In this document: positions 36,678 to 46,994 of the stretch, piece by piece
Position numbering within the stretch: the stretch's first letter is position 1
Layout: every line of letters begins with the position of its first letter
Program-made: the position numbers and the translations under genes
The notes under the pieces: model-generated
Database searches by the model: none
Told to the model about the DNA's origin: nothing
Seen by the model: the letters and a program-made list of their open reading frames with translations, nothing else
NCBI GenBank assembly: GCA_963719225.1
Contig: CAVRAY010000002.1
Span: forward strand, 544,001 to 608,000
Origin: Thermoanaerobaculia bacterium
Lineage (GTDB): Bacteria; Acidobacteriota; Thermoanaerobaculia; UBA5066
Length of the DNA: 64,000 nt
Reading direction: 5' to 3'

Positions 36678-38102
36678 CTACTCGCCCGCGGTCTTCTCCC
36701 CGTGCTGGCTCACGTTGGCGCCATCGCCCGGCTTCAGCTCGTGGAACACGGCCGCCGAGAGGACGGTCATCGCGCCGAGGACGAGGAGCGCGCTGTGGAT
36801 CCCGTGGAGCAGCTCGCGCGGGTTCGAGCGGAACCGATCCGGGATGAAGATGGCCGTCGCCAGCGACGCGGCCGCGACGCCGAAGCTCAGCGACATTTGC
36901 TGAAGCGTGCTCGCGATCGTGCTCGCCATGCTCGCGTCCGGCCCCGTGATCTCGGCGAACGCGAGCGTGCCCATGCTCGTGTACTGGAGCGAAGCGGCGC
37001 CGCCGAACAGGAGCGCGAGAACGACGATGACGGCGACGGGCGTCTCGGCGCCGATCGTCGCGAAGAGCGCGATCGCCGCGCCCATGAGGACCGTGTTCGA
37101 AAGGAGCACGTTGCGGTAGCCGAGGCGCCCGAGGATGCGCGGCATCCACGGCTTGAGCGCCATTGCGGCCGCGGACTGCGGCATGAGGAGAAAGGCGGAC
37201 TGCACGGGAGTGAACCCGAGCCCCACCTGGTAGAGGAGCGGGAGGAGAAACGGAATCCCGCCCGCGCCGAGACGCGTGATGAAGCTCCCGATCACGGCCG
37301 ACCGGAACGTCCTGAGGCGAAAGAGGGCGAGGCGGAGGAGCGGATACGCGTTTGCGAGCGCGTGGCGGAAGTAGGCGGCGAGGAGGGCGAGCGCGAGCGC
37401 GAAAAGGCCGAGGACCGCGCCCGTCGAGAGCGTGTGCTCGCCGAAGACCTCGAGGATGTAGGAGAGGAGGCCGATGCCGCAGCCGAAGAGGACGCCTCCG
37501 AAGACGTCCAGCCGGGGAACGCCCTCGGCGCGGTAGTCCGGGAAGCGGCGCACGACGAGGGCGAGGCCGAGGAGGCCGATCGGGATGTTGACGAAGAAGA
37601 TGATCCGCCAGTTGAAGTAGCCGACGATGAAGCCGCCGGCGACGGGCCCGAGCATCGGCCCGATGAGCGCCGGGATCGTCACGAACGTCATCGCGCGCAC
37701 GAGGTCGGACCTCTCGAACGTGCGCACGATCGTGAGGCGGCCGACGGGCACCATGAGCGCGCCGCCCATGCCCTGCAGGATCCGGAACGCGACGAGGACG
37801 TGGATGTTCGTCGAGAGGCCGCAGAGGAGGGAGCCGAGCGTGAAGATCGCGATCGCGGACGCGAAGACGCGGCGCGTGCCGAACCTGTCCGCGATCCATC
37901 CGCTGACGGGGATGAAGACGGCGAGGCTGAGCGTGTAGCTCGAGAGGACCGACTTCATGCTGAGCGGCACGACCCCGAGCGCGTCGGCGATCGTCGGGAC
38001 CGCGGTATTGAGGATCGTCGTGTCGAGCGCCTCCATGAGGAACGCGACGGCGACCATCCACGGGAGAAGTCGCTTGACGGAGGGGTCGGACGGCGGGGGC
38101 AC
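36678..38102 (-). CDS. DHA2-type MFS efflux transporter
   Basis: LDTTILNTA, GWIADRFGTRR, FRILQGMGG, WRIIFFVNIPIG. Confidence 0.93.
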   Translation of the reverse strand: MPPPSDPSVKRLLPWMVAVAFLMEALDTTILNTAVPTIADALGVVPLSMKSVLSSYTLSLAVFIPVSGWIADRFGTRRVFASAIAIFTLGSLLCGLSTNIHVLVAFRILQGMGGALMVPVGRLTIVRTFERSDLVRAMTFVTIPALIGPMLGPVAGGFIVGYFNWRIIFFVNIPIGLLGLALVVRRFPDYRAEGVPRLDVFGGVLFGCGIGLLSYILEVFGEHTLSTGAVLGLFALALALLAAYFRHALANAYPLLRLALFRLRTFRSAVIGSFITRLGAGGIPFLLPLLYQVGLGFTPVQSAFLLMPQSAAAMALKPWMPRILGRLGYRNVLLSNTVLMGAAIALFATIGAETPVAVIVVLALLFGGAASLQYTSMGTLAFAEITGPDASMASTIASTLQQMSLSFGVAAASLATAIFIPDRFRSNPRELLHGIHSALLVLGAMTVLSAAVFHELKPGDGANVSQHGEKTAGE

Positions 38103-38195
38103 GCCGGGAGTTTAGGGAGGCGGAGGTCCCGCCGCGGCCGCCCTGCCCGCCGGACGGCCAAACCGGTGCTCGGGATGTAACGTAAAAGGAGCGAC

Positions 38196-38975
38196 ATGAA
38201 GAGCCGGACACTGCTTCTCGCCACCGGAATCGGCCTCGCGCTCGCGCCGCGGGCGTGGGCCGGAAGCACGTCCTACGTCGACGTGCACACGGAGGCGTTC
38301 CCGGCCGGCGCCGCGCGGGGACAGCTCGCCGCGCGTGCGGACGCGGAGGCGCCCCCGGACGAGCCGCCCGCCGCTCCGGCCGGCGCGTCGCCCGGCGGGA
38401 TCCGTGAGGACGGGGATCGGCGCGTCGCAAGGGACGCCGGGTCGCGGATCCCGAAGGCACCCCAGCGGATCGTCGGAAGCGCGCCGGAGTCGAAGACGTA
38501 CCTCGACCCCGACTTCGAGCTCGACGTCCATGCGACCTCGGGTCTCGATGTCATCTTCTTCGCCTCGGGGGATTGCACGGTCGACGGGTCGTATGTCCAC
38601 ATCACCGGGGCGGGCCGGTGCGCGCTCGAGGCTCACCAGCCGGGCGATGCGAATACGCTCGCCGCGCGGATCGTCGACCTGCAGTTTCCGATCGCCAGGG
38701 CGGACCAGACGATCGACTTCGCCGAGCTTCCGAGTCCCCACTTCGGCCGCCACGCGTTGCGGCTCCACGCCCACGCCTCTTCGGGGCTGCCGGTCGTCTT
38801 CGGCGTCTCGGGCCCGTGCGAGATCGACGGCCCCTCGCTGCGGGTTCTCGAATCCGGCGAGTGTTCCGTGACGGCCGGACAGGGCGGAAGCCGGAACTTC
38901 AACGCCGCGCCGCCCGTGACCCGAACCCTCCGGGTCGTCCTGCCGACCCCGAGTCCTAGGCCTCCCCCCGCCTGA
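38196..38975 (+). CDS. secreted Ig-like repeat protein
   Basis: Signal peptide; two ATSGL.V.F..SG.C...G.C repeats. Confidence 0.75.
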   Translation: MKSRTLLLATGIGLALAPRAWAGSTSYVDVHTEAFPAGAARGQLAARADAEAPPDEPPAAPAGASPGGIREDGDRRVARDAGSRIPKAPQRIVGSAPESKTYLDPDFELDVHATSGLDVIFFASGDCTVDGSYVHITGAGRCALEAHQPGDANTLAARIVDLQFPIARADQTIDFAELPSPHFGRHALRLHAHASSGLPVVFGVSGPCEIDGPSLRVLESGECSVTAGQGGSRNFNAAPPVTRTLRVVLPTPSPRPPPA

Positions 38976-39258
38976 TCGCCTCGATCGCCCGCGCGCAGTC
39001 GTCGTGGATGCGCTGGCGGTCGACCTGGTACTCGCTCTCGGCCTTCTCGCGCTCGGCAGGGTCAGGGGTCTTCTTCATCGAGTCGCGGAACAGGATCTCG
39101 CGCTCGGCGAGGCGCGACGACGCGATCCGGCGGGCCTCGGCGATGGCTTCCTTCTGCTTCGGGCTCAGCACGGCCTTTTCCTTCGTGCCGGCCTCGTCGT
39201 CCTCGGCTTTCAGTCGCTCCATCGCGAGCTCCAACGCGGTCTTCGGTTTGTCGCCCAT
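38956..39258 (-). CDS. conserved-looking hypothetical protein
   Basis: MGDKPKTALELAMERL...QKEAIAEARR helical ORF. Confidence 0.7.
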   Translation of the reverse strand: MGDKPKTALELAMERLKAEDDEAGTKEKAVLSPKQKEAIAEARRIASSRLAEREILFRDSMKKTPDPAEREKAESEYQVDRQRIHDDCARAIEAIRRGEA

Positions 39259-39291
39259 GGCAGGCGCCAAGAATATCCCGGCGAAAGCGCG

Positions 39292-39428
39292 TATGCTCCT
39301 GTTGTTCGACCTCCTTCCCGTCGGCGGAGCGGACCGAGTACCGAAAGGTCCCCGCGACCCCAACCTTCCCCTCCCCACCATCTATCAGTCGCCCGTCCCT
39401 TCGGACGTGCGTTTCACAGAGGAATCTC
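39292..39428 (+). promoter_or_regulatory. -10 box and conserved 5' leader of RRM gene
   Basis: TATGCT; leader matches 54486-54592. Confidence 0.6.
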
Positions 39429-39713
39429 ATGAAGCTCTACGTTGGAAACCTGTCCTATTCCGTCAACGACTCCGTCCTGAAGGAGCTCTTTCAGCCCTTC
39501 GGCAACATCGAATCCGCCCGCGTGATCTCGGACCGCGACAGCGGCCAGTCCAAGGGCTTCGGGTTCGTCGAAATGTCCGACGCCGACGCGCAGAAGGCGA
39601 TGAGCGCCCTCAACGGCAAGGAGCAGGACGGCCGGGCGCTGAAGGTCAACGAGGCCAAGCCCCAGGAAAACCGGGGCGGCGGCGGCTTCGGTGGCGGCGG
39701 CCGCCGCTACTGA
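39429..39713 (+). CDS. RRM RNA-binding protein
   Basis: RNP2 LYVGNL, RNP1 KGFGFVEM, Gly-rich tail. Confidence 0.95.
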   Translation: MKLYVGNLSYSVNDSVLKELFQPFGNIESARVISDRDSGQSKGFGFVEMSDADAQKAMSALNGKEQDGRALKVNEAKPQENRGGGGFGGGGRRY

Positions 39714-39736
39714 TCGACGGCTCGCTCTGTTCTTTC

Positions 39737-39769
39737 GGCGCCGGTGCGGAAACGCTCCGGCGCCTTTTT
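39737..39769 (+). terminator. intrinsic terminator
   Basis: GGCGCCGG...CCGGCGCC-TTTTT. Confidence 0.85.
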
Positions 39770-39792
39770 CTTCGCCGGAGCCCGCCGAGATT

Positions 39793-40134
39793 TCAGCGAC
39801 GCCCCGGTGGTGGCAGGAGAGGCGGCTCGACACGCGTGGCCTGCACGGGGGGCTCGGCCTCGGGCCGGCCAAGCCGGCGCGTCGCGAGGAAGACCGCGAT
39901 CGTCCACGTCGGCGCGAGGTCGACGGCGGGCACGAGCTCGAGCGCAAAAGCCGGCAGGAACGCCCAGTGCCAGCCGAGGAGCGCGACCATCGCCGCGCCG
40001 ACGCCGAGGTCGAGGACGGCGTCGAAGCCTTCGGGCGCACCGCCCGCGAAGAGCGGCATCAGGCCGAGCTGGATCGCGTCGGCGAGGACCGCGATGACCC
40101 GCGCGGCGAGGACGCGCCGCGGCAGCGTTTCCAC
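39793..40134 (-). CDS. small membrane protein
   Basis: ADAIQL...LLGWHWAFLP...ELVP.VDLAPTWT. Confidence 0.75.
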   Translation of the reverse strand: METLPRRVLAARVIAVLADAIQLGLMPLFAGGAPEGFDAVLDLGVGAAMVALLGWHWAFLPAFALELVPAVDLAPTWTIAVFLATRRLGRPEAEPPVQATRVEPPLLPPPGRR

Positions 40135-40165
40135 GCGCCGACGTTAGGCCCGGCGGTGCGCGGGG

Positions 40166-40603
40166 TCAACGCCGCATGAGGACGTAGGGACCCCGGCTCA
40201 GGAAGAAGTCGACGTCGTGCCAGCGGTCGTGACCGCCGTCGGGGTCCATGTAGGACACGTTGTTCCGATCGCTGAACCGGTAGATGAGGATCGCGTGCGT
40301 GTAGGCGCCCCGGGTGTACGCGCAGAACACGTGGCTCGTGTGGAGGTGATTCTCGAGGTAACCGACGAGCGCGTCCGGGGCGAATCCTCCCCAGAAGAGG
40401 CCGAGCGCCGATGCGATGAGCGGGATCTTCGTGAGCGGCGTGATGCCGCCGGTCCCGCCCTCTCCCCAGCGGTGGATCAGCTGCTGCTGGTGCTGACGCG
40501 GGATTCGGTGGTCGACGAGCGACCAGCTCTCGAGCACCGCCGCCCAGCAGCTGTCCACGTGGGTCTGGGCCACGATGCGTGGCCTGACGCGGGAGATGTT
40601 CAC
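40166..40603 (-). CDS. papain-like (C39/C70-type) cysteine peptidase
   Basis: Q....SCWAA...HAILI...YMDP; GTGA overlap with GGDEF stop. Confidence 0.7.
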   Translation of the reverse strand: MNISRVRPRIVAQTHVDSCWAAVLESWSLVDHRIPRQHQQQLIHRWGEGGTGGITPLTKIPLIASALGLFWGGFAPDALVGYLENHLHTSHVFCAYTRGAYTHAILIYRFSDRNNVSYMDPDGGHDRWHDVDFFLSRGPYVLMRR

Positions 40604-41970
40604 GGTCGATCCTCCTTCACGTGGCGCGTTCCCGGCGGATCGACGTCGGCCGGGACAACGCGGTCCCGGCCGGCGCGCTTCGCGGCGTAGAGCGCCTCGT
40701 CCGCGCGTCCGAGGCAGGCCGAGAAGGTCTCCCCTGGGTCGCGGAACCTCGCGACGCCGATCGAGATCGTCGCGCGGACGGGCCCGCGGTCGCGGCCCTC
40801 GATCACGCGGGCGGCGAACTCGCTGCGCCAGGCCTCCGCGCGCTTCATGGCGCCCGGGATCTCGGCACGCGGCATGACGACGACGAACTCCTCGCCGCCG
40901 ATCCGGCACACGAGGTCCGACGTACGGACGCCCCCGAGGAGGACGTGGGCGAGCTGGAGGAGGACGCGATCGCCGACCGCGTGGCCGTGGGCGTCGTTCA
41001 CGCGTTTGAAATGGTCGACGTCGATGACGGCGACGACGAGCGACTCGCGAGCCCTGCGCGCCCGCGAGATGTCGCGCTTCATCGTCTCCTCGAGGTAGCG
41101 GCGGTTGTGGAGACCCGTGAGCGGGTCGCGCACGACCTGCTCACGGAGGCGGGCGTTCAGGTCCTCGATCTCGATCACGCGCGCCGCGAGCTCCTGATGC
41201 GCGCGCGCGAGCTCGTCCTGGACGCGCCGCTGCTCCGTGACATCCTGCTTGATCGCGATGAAGTGCGTGATCCCGCCGTTCTCGTCGAGGACGGGCGCGA
41301 TCGTCTGCTCTTCCTGGTACTCCATGCCGTCCTTGCGCCGGTTCACGATCGTGCCGGACCACGACTCGCCGTTCGTGATCGTCCGCCAGAGATCGGCGTA
41401 GAACCCCGGGTCGTGGCGGCCCGACTTCAGGATGCGCGTGTGCTGGCCCACGAGCTCGTCGAAGGAGTAGCCCGTGATGGCGCTCGCGGCGGGATTGACC
41501 CACGTGATCGTGCCCCCGCGGTCCGTGATGACGACGCCGTTCGCGGCGGAGCGCAGCGCGGTGGCCTGGACGCGGAACGTGTCGGGGCTTCGCGCGTGGC
41601 CGCGCTGGTCGCGAATCGCGCACGCGACGAATCGGCCCCGCGGGAGGGTGAATGGGCTCAGGGAGATGTCGACGGGGACGTCCCGCCCGTCGGCGTGGCG
41701 CGCGAAGAGCTGGAGCCCGCGCCCCATCGGACGCGCGGCCGGCCGGTCCGCGTAGGCCGCGCGCAGGCTCTCGTGCGCGTCGAAACGCGCGGGCACGAGC
41801 GTCTCCACGTTTCGGCCTCGGAGCGCGGCCGGGTCGTGGCCGAGAAGAGGGCCGCAGGCCGGGTTCGCGAGGACGATCGTGCCGGAGCCGTCGATGACGA
41901 GGATCGCGTCCGCGGAGGACTGGAAGAGCGCACGAAAGAAGGCGCCGTCGGCGAAGGCTTTGTCCGACAT
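40600..41970 (-). CDS. PAS-PAS diguanylate cyclase
   Basis: Two PAS domains; DPLTGLHNRR, GGEEF, ADEALYAAK. Confidence 0.95.
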   Translation of the reverse strand: MSDKAFADGAFFRALFQSSADAILVIDGSGTIVLANPACGPLLGHDPAALRGRNVETLVPARFDAHESLRAAYADRPAARPMGRGLQLFARHADGRDVPVDISLSPFTLPRGRFVACAIRDQRGHARSPDTFRVQATALRSAANGVVITDRGGTITWVNPAASAITGYSFDELVGQHTRILKSGRHDPGFYADLWRTITNGESWSGTIVNRRKDGMEYQEEQTIAPVLDENGGITHFIAIKQDVTEQRRVQDELARAHQELAARVIEIEDLNARLREQVVRDPLTGLHNRRYLEETMKRDISRARRARESLVVAVIDVDHFKRVNDAHGHAVGDRVLLQLAHVLLGGVRTSDLVCRIGGEEFVVVMPRAEIPGAMKRAEAWRSEFAARVIEGRDRGPVRATISIGVARFRDPGETFSACLGRADEALYAAKRAGRDRVVPADVDPPGTRHVKEDRP

Positions 41971-42034
41971 GTGAGCGCATTCTAGCGTCGGAGCGGCCGG
42001 CGGAAGCCTCGCCGCCGCGCAGTCGGCGCGGCCG

Positions 42035-42610
42035 TCAGGGCCCGCAGCCCAGACCGGCCGCGGCAGCCTTCGCGGGCAGCGCGAGGTCGAACGTCGCGTC
42101 CCACGAATATTTCTGCTCGTCGCTCAGCTTCCCGCCCGTGATTCGGCCGGAGATCCTGCCGCCCGGGACGACGCGGCCCGCGAGCTTCCGGACGTTCAGG
42201 GTCTCCTTGTCCTTCGGAAGCTCGAAAACCCACTGCCGGCTCGCCATGACAGAGTCGGCTCGGTTGACGCCCGTCTCGACGCTCTTCACGGCCGCCGCGC
42301 TCGCCTCGGGCTTTCCGCCGCCGGGGCAGAACGCGAAGTGCATCATCGTGCGCGGCTTGCCCGCCTCGTCCTTGTCCGTCGCGTACGAGCTCACGTGGAA
42401 CGCGTCGAGCTCCTTCGGCGTGAACGGCGCGTCCGAGAAGGTCAGCGTGACGCTCGGGCCGTCCTCGAAGACGGCGGCGGCGCAGTGCGCCATCGTGACC
42501 GGCTTGCCCGCGAGCACCGCCTTCAGGCGGCACGTGTCGGCGGCCCGGAGCGAGGCGGTCGGGACGAGAAGGAGCGCCAGGGCGAGAAGATGGCCGAGCC
42601 GATGGAGCAT
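42035..42610 (-). CDS. secreted hypothetical protein
   Basis: Signal peptide, 191 aa. Confidence 0.7.
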   Translation of the reverse strand: MLHRLGHLLALALLLVPTASLRAADTCRLKAVLAGKPVTMAHCAAAVFEDGPSVTLTFSDAPFTPKELDAFHVSSYATDKDEAGKPRTMMHFAFCPGGGKPEASAAAVKSVETGVNRADSVMASRQWVFELPKDKETLNVRKLAGRVVPGGRISGRITGGKLSDEQKYSWDATFDLALPAKAAAAGLGCGP

Positions 42611-42672
42611 GGCGCCGAGACTATCGCGGCGGCATCTCAGCGGGGAAGTCGGGCTAGACTGATTCTCAACTC

Positions 42673-43116
42673 TTGAAGCGCATCCTCCTTCTTGCGGCCG
42701 TCGGCGGGATCCTCATCGCGGCCCTCCAGCTCGTCGAGTACCAGCACTTCGTGCGCGCGTACCCGACGGAGGTCTACGGCGGCCTCGTCGCCGTGATCTT
42801 CACGGCCGTCGGGGCGTATCTCGGCCTCAAGTGGACGCGGGCGAAGGAAGTCGTCGTCGTGAAGGAGGTCCGGATCCGCGAGGGCGGCCCGTTCGTCCTG
42901 AACACCGCCGCGCTGCGCGAGGCCGGGCTGACGCCGCGCGAGCTCGAGATCCTCGGCCTCATCGCCTCGGGGCTGAGCAACCGGGAGATCGGCGAGAAGC
43001 TGTTCGTGTCGGAGAACACGGTGAAGACGCACTCGGCGCGCGTCTTCGAGAAGCTGGACGTCTCCAGGAGGACGCAGGCGGTCCAGGAAGGCCGGCGGCT
43101 CGGCCTGATCCCATGA
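42673..43116 (+). CDS. membrane-anchored LuxR HTH regulator
   Basis: Two TM helices then LTPRELEIL...GLSNREIGEKLFVSENTVKTH. Confidence 0.9.
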   Translation: MKRILLLAAVGGILIAALQLVEYQHFVRAYPTEVYGGLVAVIFTAVGAYLGLKWTRAKEVVVVKEVRIREGGPFVLNTAALREAGLTPRELEILGLIASGLSNREIGEKLFVSENTVKTHSARVFEKLDVSRRTQAVQEGRRLGLIP

Positions 43117-43224
43117 TTCCCGGGTCGACGAAAGGACGATTCTCACGGGTGCGAGCCGAAATCACCCGAAGGGATGACGACAAGGACGCCGGCGCGGCCT
43201 AGCTTGAGTTCGAAAGGACGGAAC

Positions 43225-43773
43225 ATGAAGAAGATCGTCTGGACGTTCGGCCTGATCTCGGGCGGGATCCTCGCGGCGTTCATGGCGGCCATGGCGCCGC
43301 TGTGCATGGACGGAAAGATGAGCGACTACGCGGAGGTCATCGGCTACACCGCCATGGTCCTGGCGTTTCTCCTCGTCTTTTTCGCCATCCGCTCCTATCG
43401 CGAGAACGTGGGCGGGGGCACGATCACGTTCGGCAAGGCGTTCCAGATCGGTCTTCTCGTGTGCCTGATCGCGAGCACGTGCTACGTGGCCACCTGGGAG
43501 ATCGTCTATCACGCCTTCCTGCCCGATTTCGCGGACCGGTACGCGGCGCAAACCCTCGAGAGAATGCGGGCCAAAGGCGCGACAGGGCAGGCGATCGAGA
43601 AGGCGACTCAGGAGATGGCGCGGTTCAAGGTGCTCTACGGGAATCCGTTCTTCAACGTCGGCATGACGTTCGTCGAGGTTCTTCCCGTCGGCCTCGTCAT
43701 GACGCTCCTGTCCGCCGCGATCCTGAGGCGGAAGACTCCGCCGGCCGTCATTTCCGCGGCGGCGGCCGGCTGA
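43225..43773 (+). CDS. DUF4199-like membrane protein
   Basis: FFAIRSYRENVGGGTITFGKAFQIG. Confidence 0.8.
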   Translation: MKKIVWTFGLISGGILAAFMAAMAPLCMDGKMSDYAEVIGYTAMVLAFLLVFFAIRSYRENVGGGTITFGKAFQIGLLVCLIASTCYVATWEIVYHAFLPDFADRYAAQTLERMRAKGATGQAIEKATQEMARFKVLYGNPFFNVGMTFVEVLPVGLVMTLLSAAILRRKTPPAVISAAAAG

Positions 43774-45493
43774 CGCCGCTCGAGATCACGAACATCCGTC
43801 CGGAGCGGTAGCCGTGGACGCCGCTCCAGGCGGACGTCACGAGGAGATCGAGCGTGCCGTCGCGGTCCACGTCGCCGAGGCCGACGGCGTCGAATCCGAA
43901 CGTGTCGCCGGGGATCCGGCACGTGTACGTCTTCAGGAGCGATCCGTCCTTGCCCGAGTAGAGGTACGCCCGGCCGCCCGACGCGGCGGCTCCGGCGTAC
44001 TGCCAGGCGCCCACGACGAGGTCCTCGTGTCCGTCGCCGTCCACGTCGCCGGCGCCCGCGGGGCCGATGCCGAACCCCTCGCCGGCCGTCTCGCCCGTGA
44101 GCGTGAGGAGGTGCCGGCCGTCCTTGCCCGAGTGGACGTAGACACGGCCCGTGCTCGGGCCCTTCGCGGCGTTCGTGAAGTCGGAGGTGTAGACGTCGGG
44201 CACGCCGTCGCCGTCCACGTCTCCCGGAACGGAGATGAACATGGCGCCGAGCGCGCGGCCGGTCTCGTCCGAGTCGACGACGAACTTCGGCTTCGGGGAC
44301 AGGCGGTCGTAGACGTAGACGCGGCCGGTCTTGCGCGGTCCGGCGCCGGGCGCGCCGACCATGAGGAAGAACCGCTTCCCGTCCGACCAGCCCGCGACCG
44401 TGCTCCCGAACGCGTCGCCGGCGCGCTCGCCGGTCAGCGTGAGGAGGAGATGCCCGTCCTTGCCGGAGTAGACGTACGCGCGGCCCGCTCCGGCCCCGCC
44501 GGCGCCGTTGGCGGGGGCGCCGATGATGACGTCCGCGCGGCCGTCGTGATCGACGTCGCCGGCCGTCGCGACATGCTGGCCGAACGCGTCCGCCTTCTTC
44601 TCGGCCGTGAACGTGAAGAGCACGTGGCCGTCCTTGCCCGAGAGGACGAGCGCCTTCCCGCCGAACGGCGCGCCGGCCACGACGTCCTTCACGCCGTCGC
44701 CGTCGACGTCGCCCGCGCACTCGACGCCCGTGCCGAGCTGGTCGCCGGGCTGGCCGTCGAACTTCCAGAGGAGCTTGCCCGTCTTCGTCGAGTAGACGTA
44801 CACGCGGCCCGCGTTCGCGCCGCCGACGGTCTTCGTCGGCGCGGACGTCACGACGTCGTGAACGACGTCGCCGTCGACGTCGCCCATGTCGCGCGCGATC
44901 CAGCCGAACTGGTCGCCCGCGGCCTCTCCGTCCCACTCGCGGACGACCTTCACGTTTTCGACGAACGGGTGCTCGAAGTCCTCCGGCTTCGGAAGCAGCG
45001 CCTTGTAGCGCGGGTCGCTCTTCAGAGCCGCGAGGTCCGGGTCCGTCTCCATGATGCCCATGTCGAGGCCCTTCGTGGCCTTCGCCTTCGCGAGCCACTC
45101 GAAAGCGTGGTCCGCGTCCTTGCGCAGCGCGAAGACGGTGCCGAGGTTGTACAGGAGAACGGGAGCGTCGGGCTTGAGCGCGAGTCCGCGCTCGTACGCG
45201 GCCTGGGCCCGGTCGAGGTCGTTCGCCTTCTGGTACGCGGTCCCGAGAAAACGCCACGCGAGGACGTTCTTCGGGCTCGCGGCCGTGACGGCTTCGAGGA
45301 TCTTCACCGCGTCGGCGAAGCTGCCGGCTTGCAGGGCCGCGATGCCGGCGCCGAGGGTCGGGGCTGTCGCCGCGGGTGAAGGCGCGGGTGCCGCGGGCGA
45401 AGGCATGGGCGCGGCGGCGGGTTGCTGCGCCACCGAGGGACCCGCGGCGAAAGGGAGGAGGAGGAGCAGAAGCGGGAGGGGACGCGGCGCCAC
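43748..45493 (-). CDS. secreted TPR plus FG-GAP (integrin-like) repeat protein
   Basis: Signal peptide, TPRs, repeated GDVDGDG..D..VGAP...GRVYVYSG. Confidence 0.88.
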   Translation of the reverse strand: MAPRPLPLLLLLLPFAAGPSVAQQPAAAPMPSPAAPAPSPAATAPTLGAGIAALQAGSFADAVKILEAVTAASPKNVLAWRFLGTAYQKANDLDRAQAAYERGLALKPDAPVLLYNLGTVFALRKDADHAFEWLAKAKATKGLDMGIMETDPDLAALKSDPRYKALLPKPEDFEHPFVENVKVVREWDGEAAGDQFGWIARDMGDVDGDVVHDVVTSAPTKTVGGANAGRVYVYSTKTGKLLWKFDGQPGDQLGTGVECAGDVDGDGVKDVVAGAPFGGKALVLSGKDGHVLFTFTAEKKADAFGQHVATAGDVDHDGRADVIIGAPANGAGGAGAGRAYVYSGKDGHLLLTLTGERAGDAFGSTVAGWSDGKRFFLMVGAPGAGPRKTGRVYVYDRLSPKPKFVVDSDETGRALGAMFISVPGDVDGDGVPDVYTSDFTNAAKGPSTGRVYVHSGKDGRHLLTLTGETAGEGFGIGPAGAGDVDGDGHEDLVVGAWQYAGAAASGGRAYLYSGKDGSLLKTYTCRIPGDTFGFDAVGLGDVDRDGTLDLLVTSAWSGVHGYRSGRMFVISSGVSRPPPRK

Positions 45494-45647
45494 GGTGTGG
45501 GGGACGAGACCCGCCGTTCGCGGGACGAAATCGCCCGGCAGTGGGATCACGGCGCCTCCGGCTCCGAACCGTTTCACGGGGCCTCCTGTCTCGGTGTCGG
45601 GAGGTACGCGGATTTCTGCGAATGAGTTTCCGGCGCGGGGGAAGGCT

Positions 45648-46203
45648 CCTACCTCGTCGTCTCGCATTTTCACATCGACCACGTCGGCGGCCTCGCGAAG
45701 CTCGTCGAGGGCATTCCGATCCGCAGGCTGATCGACCGCGGCTTTCCGGACTATGGCGCGCCGGCGGCGCCGAAGAGCGCGATCTTCGACGCCTACCGTC
45801 GGGCCGCCGAGGAGGCCGCCGGGAAAGGCGCCGTCCGTGAGCGCGCGCGCGTCGGCCGCGCCGACCAGATCGTGCCGGTGCACGCTCCAGGCGGCGTCCC
45901 GGGCCTCCAGGTCCGCGTCGTCGCCGCGAACGGCGAGGCCTGGACCGGAACGGGCGACGCGACGGCTTCGCGCTTTCCGCCGCTCGACGGCGTACCCGAG
46001 GAGGACCGGCCGGCCGAGAACCCGTGCAGCGTCGCGCTGCGCATCCGGTACGGAGGGTTCTCTCTCTACACGGGCGGGGACCTCTACGGGATGCGTCGCG
46101 CCCGGAGGCGCCTCGTATCGCGTCTTCGTCCTCGACGACACGAGCGAGAGCGGCGCCGTGACGTCCGTCCACGGGCCGTACGCGTCCTCCGGCGCGCGCT
46201 AGG
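45648..46203 (+). pseudogene. MBL-fold (ComEC-like) hydrolase fragment
   Basis: SHFHIDHVGG, ENPCSV..RYGGF..YTGGDL; N-terminus missing, internal deletion/frameshift near 46090. Confidence 0.7.
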
Positions 46204-46259
46204 AGCGTCTCCGGGAGCCACTGCGGTCTCCGCGAGTCGCGCGTGGCGCCGTTCTTGCG

Positions 46260-46994
46260 GTGTCGGTCCCGCGGGCCGATGCCGCCGGGGAGGACCCGAT
46301 GTGGGCGAGAAAGGTTACAAACGACCCCCTCCGTTTCGACGACGTGCTCGCGATCCGGTCCGGCGGCGTCGGGCTCGTGGCCGAACTTGCAATCCCGGAC
46401 GAGGCCGACGGGATCGTCGTCTTCTGCCACGGGCCGCGGAACAAGCGGCACGGGGCCGCGAATCTTACCGCCGCGAGGCTCATGAAGGAGGGCGGGATCG
46501 GGGCGGCCGTCTGCAACCTCCTCACGGGCGCCGAGGAGGCGATCGACGAGCGCCTGCCCGGGCCGCGCTTCGACGTCCCGCGGCTCGCGGGCCGGCTCGC
46601 GGACCTCACGGACGCGCTCGGGAGCAACCCGCGCACGGCGCACCTGCCCGTCGCGTACTTCGGCGCGTCCACCGCGGCGGCGGCCGCTCTCGTCGCCGCG
46701 GCGTCGCGGCCGCTCGCCGTGCGCGCGGTCGTCTCCCTCGGTGGGCTGCCGGAGCTCGCGGGCGACGCGCTGCGTCGCCTCGAGGCGCCGACCCTCCTCC
46801 TCGTGGGCGAGAGGGACTGGAAGGTCATGGACCGGAACGCCGTCGCGCTCGCGGACATGTCGGTCGAGAAGTCGCTCCTCGTCGTCGCCGGCGCGACGCA
46901 CCTCTTCGCCGAGCCGGGCCCGCTCGCGGAAGCCGCGGGCCTCGCGCGCGACTGGTTCCGGCATTACCTGCGCATCGAGCCGACGGCCGCGTGA
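46260..46994 (+). CDS. alpha/beta hydrolase (dienelactone hydrolase-like)
   Basis: YFGASTAAAAAL, PTLLLVGERD, THLFAEPG. Confidence 0.85.
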   Translation: MSVPRADAAGEDPMWARKVTNDPLRFDDVLAIRSGGVGLVAELAIPDEADGIVVFCHGPRNKRHGAANLTAARLMKEGGIGAAVCNLLTGAEEAIDERLPGPRFDVPRLAGRLADLTDALGSNPRTAHLPVAYFGASTAAAAALVAAASRPLAVRAVVSLGGLPELAGDALRRLEAPTLLLVGERDWKVMDRNAVALADMSVEKSLLVVAGATHLFAEPGPLAEAAGLARDWFRHYLRIEPTAA

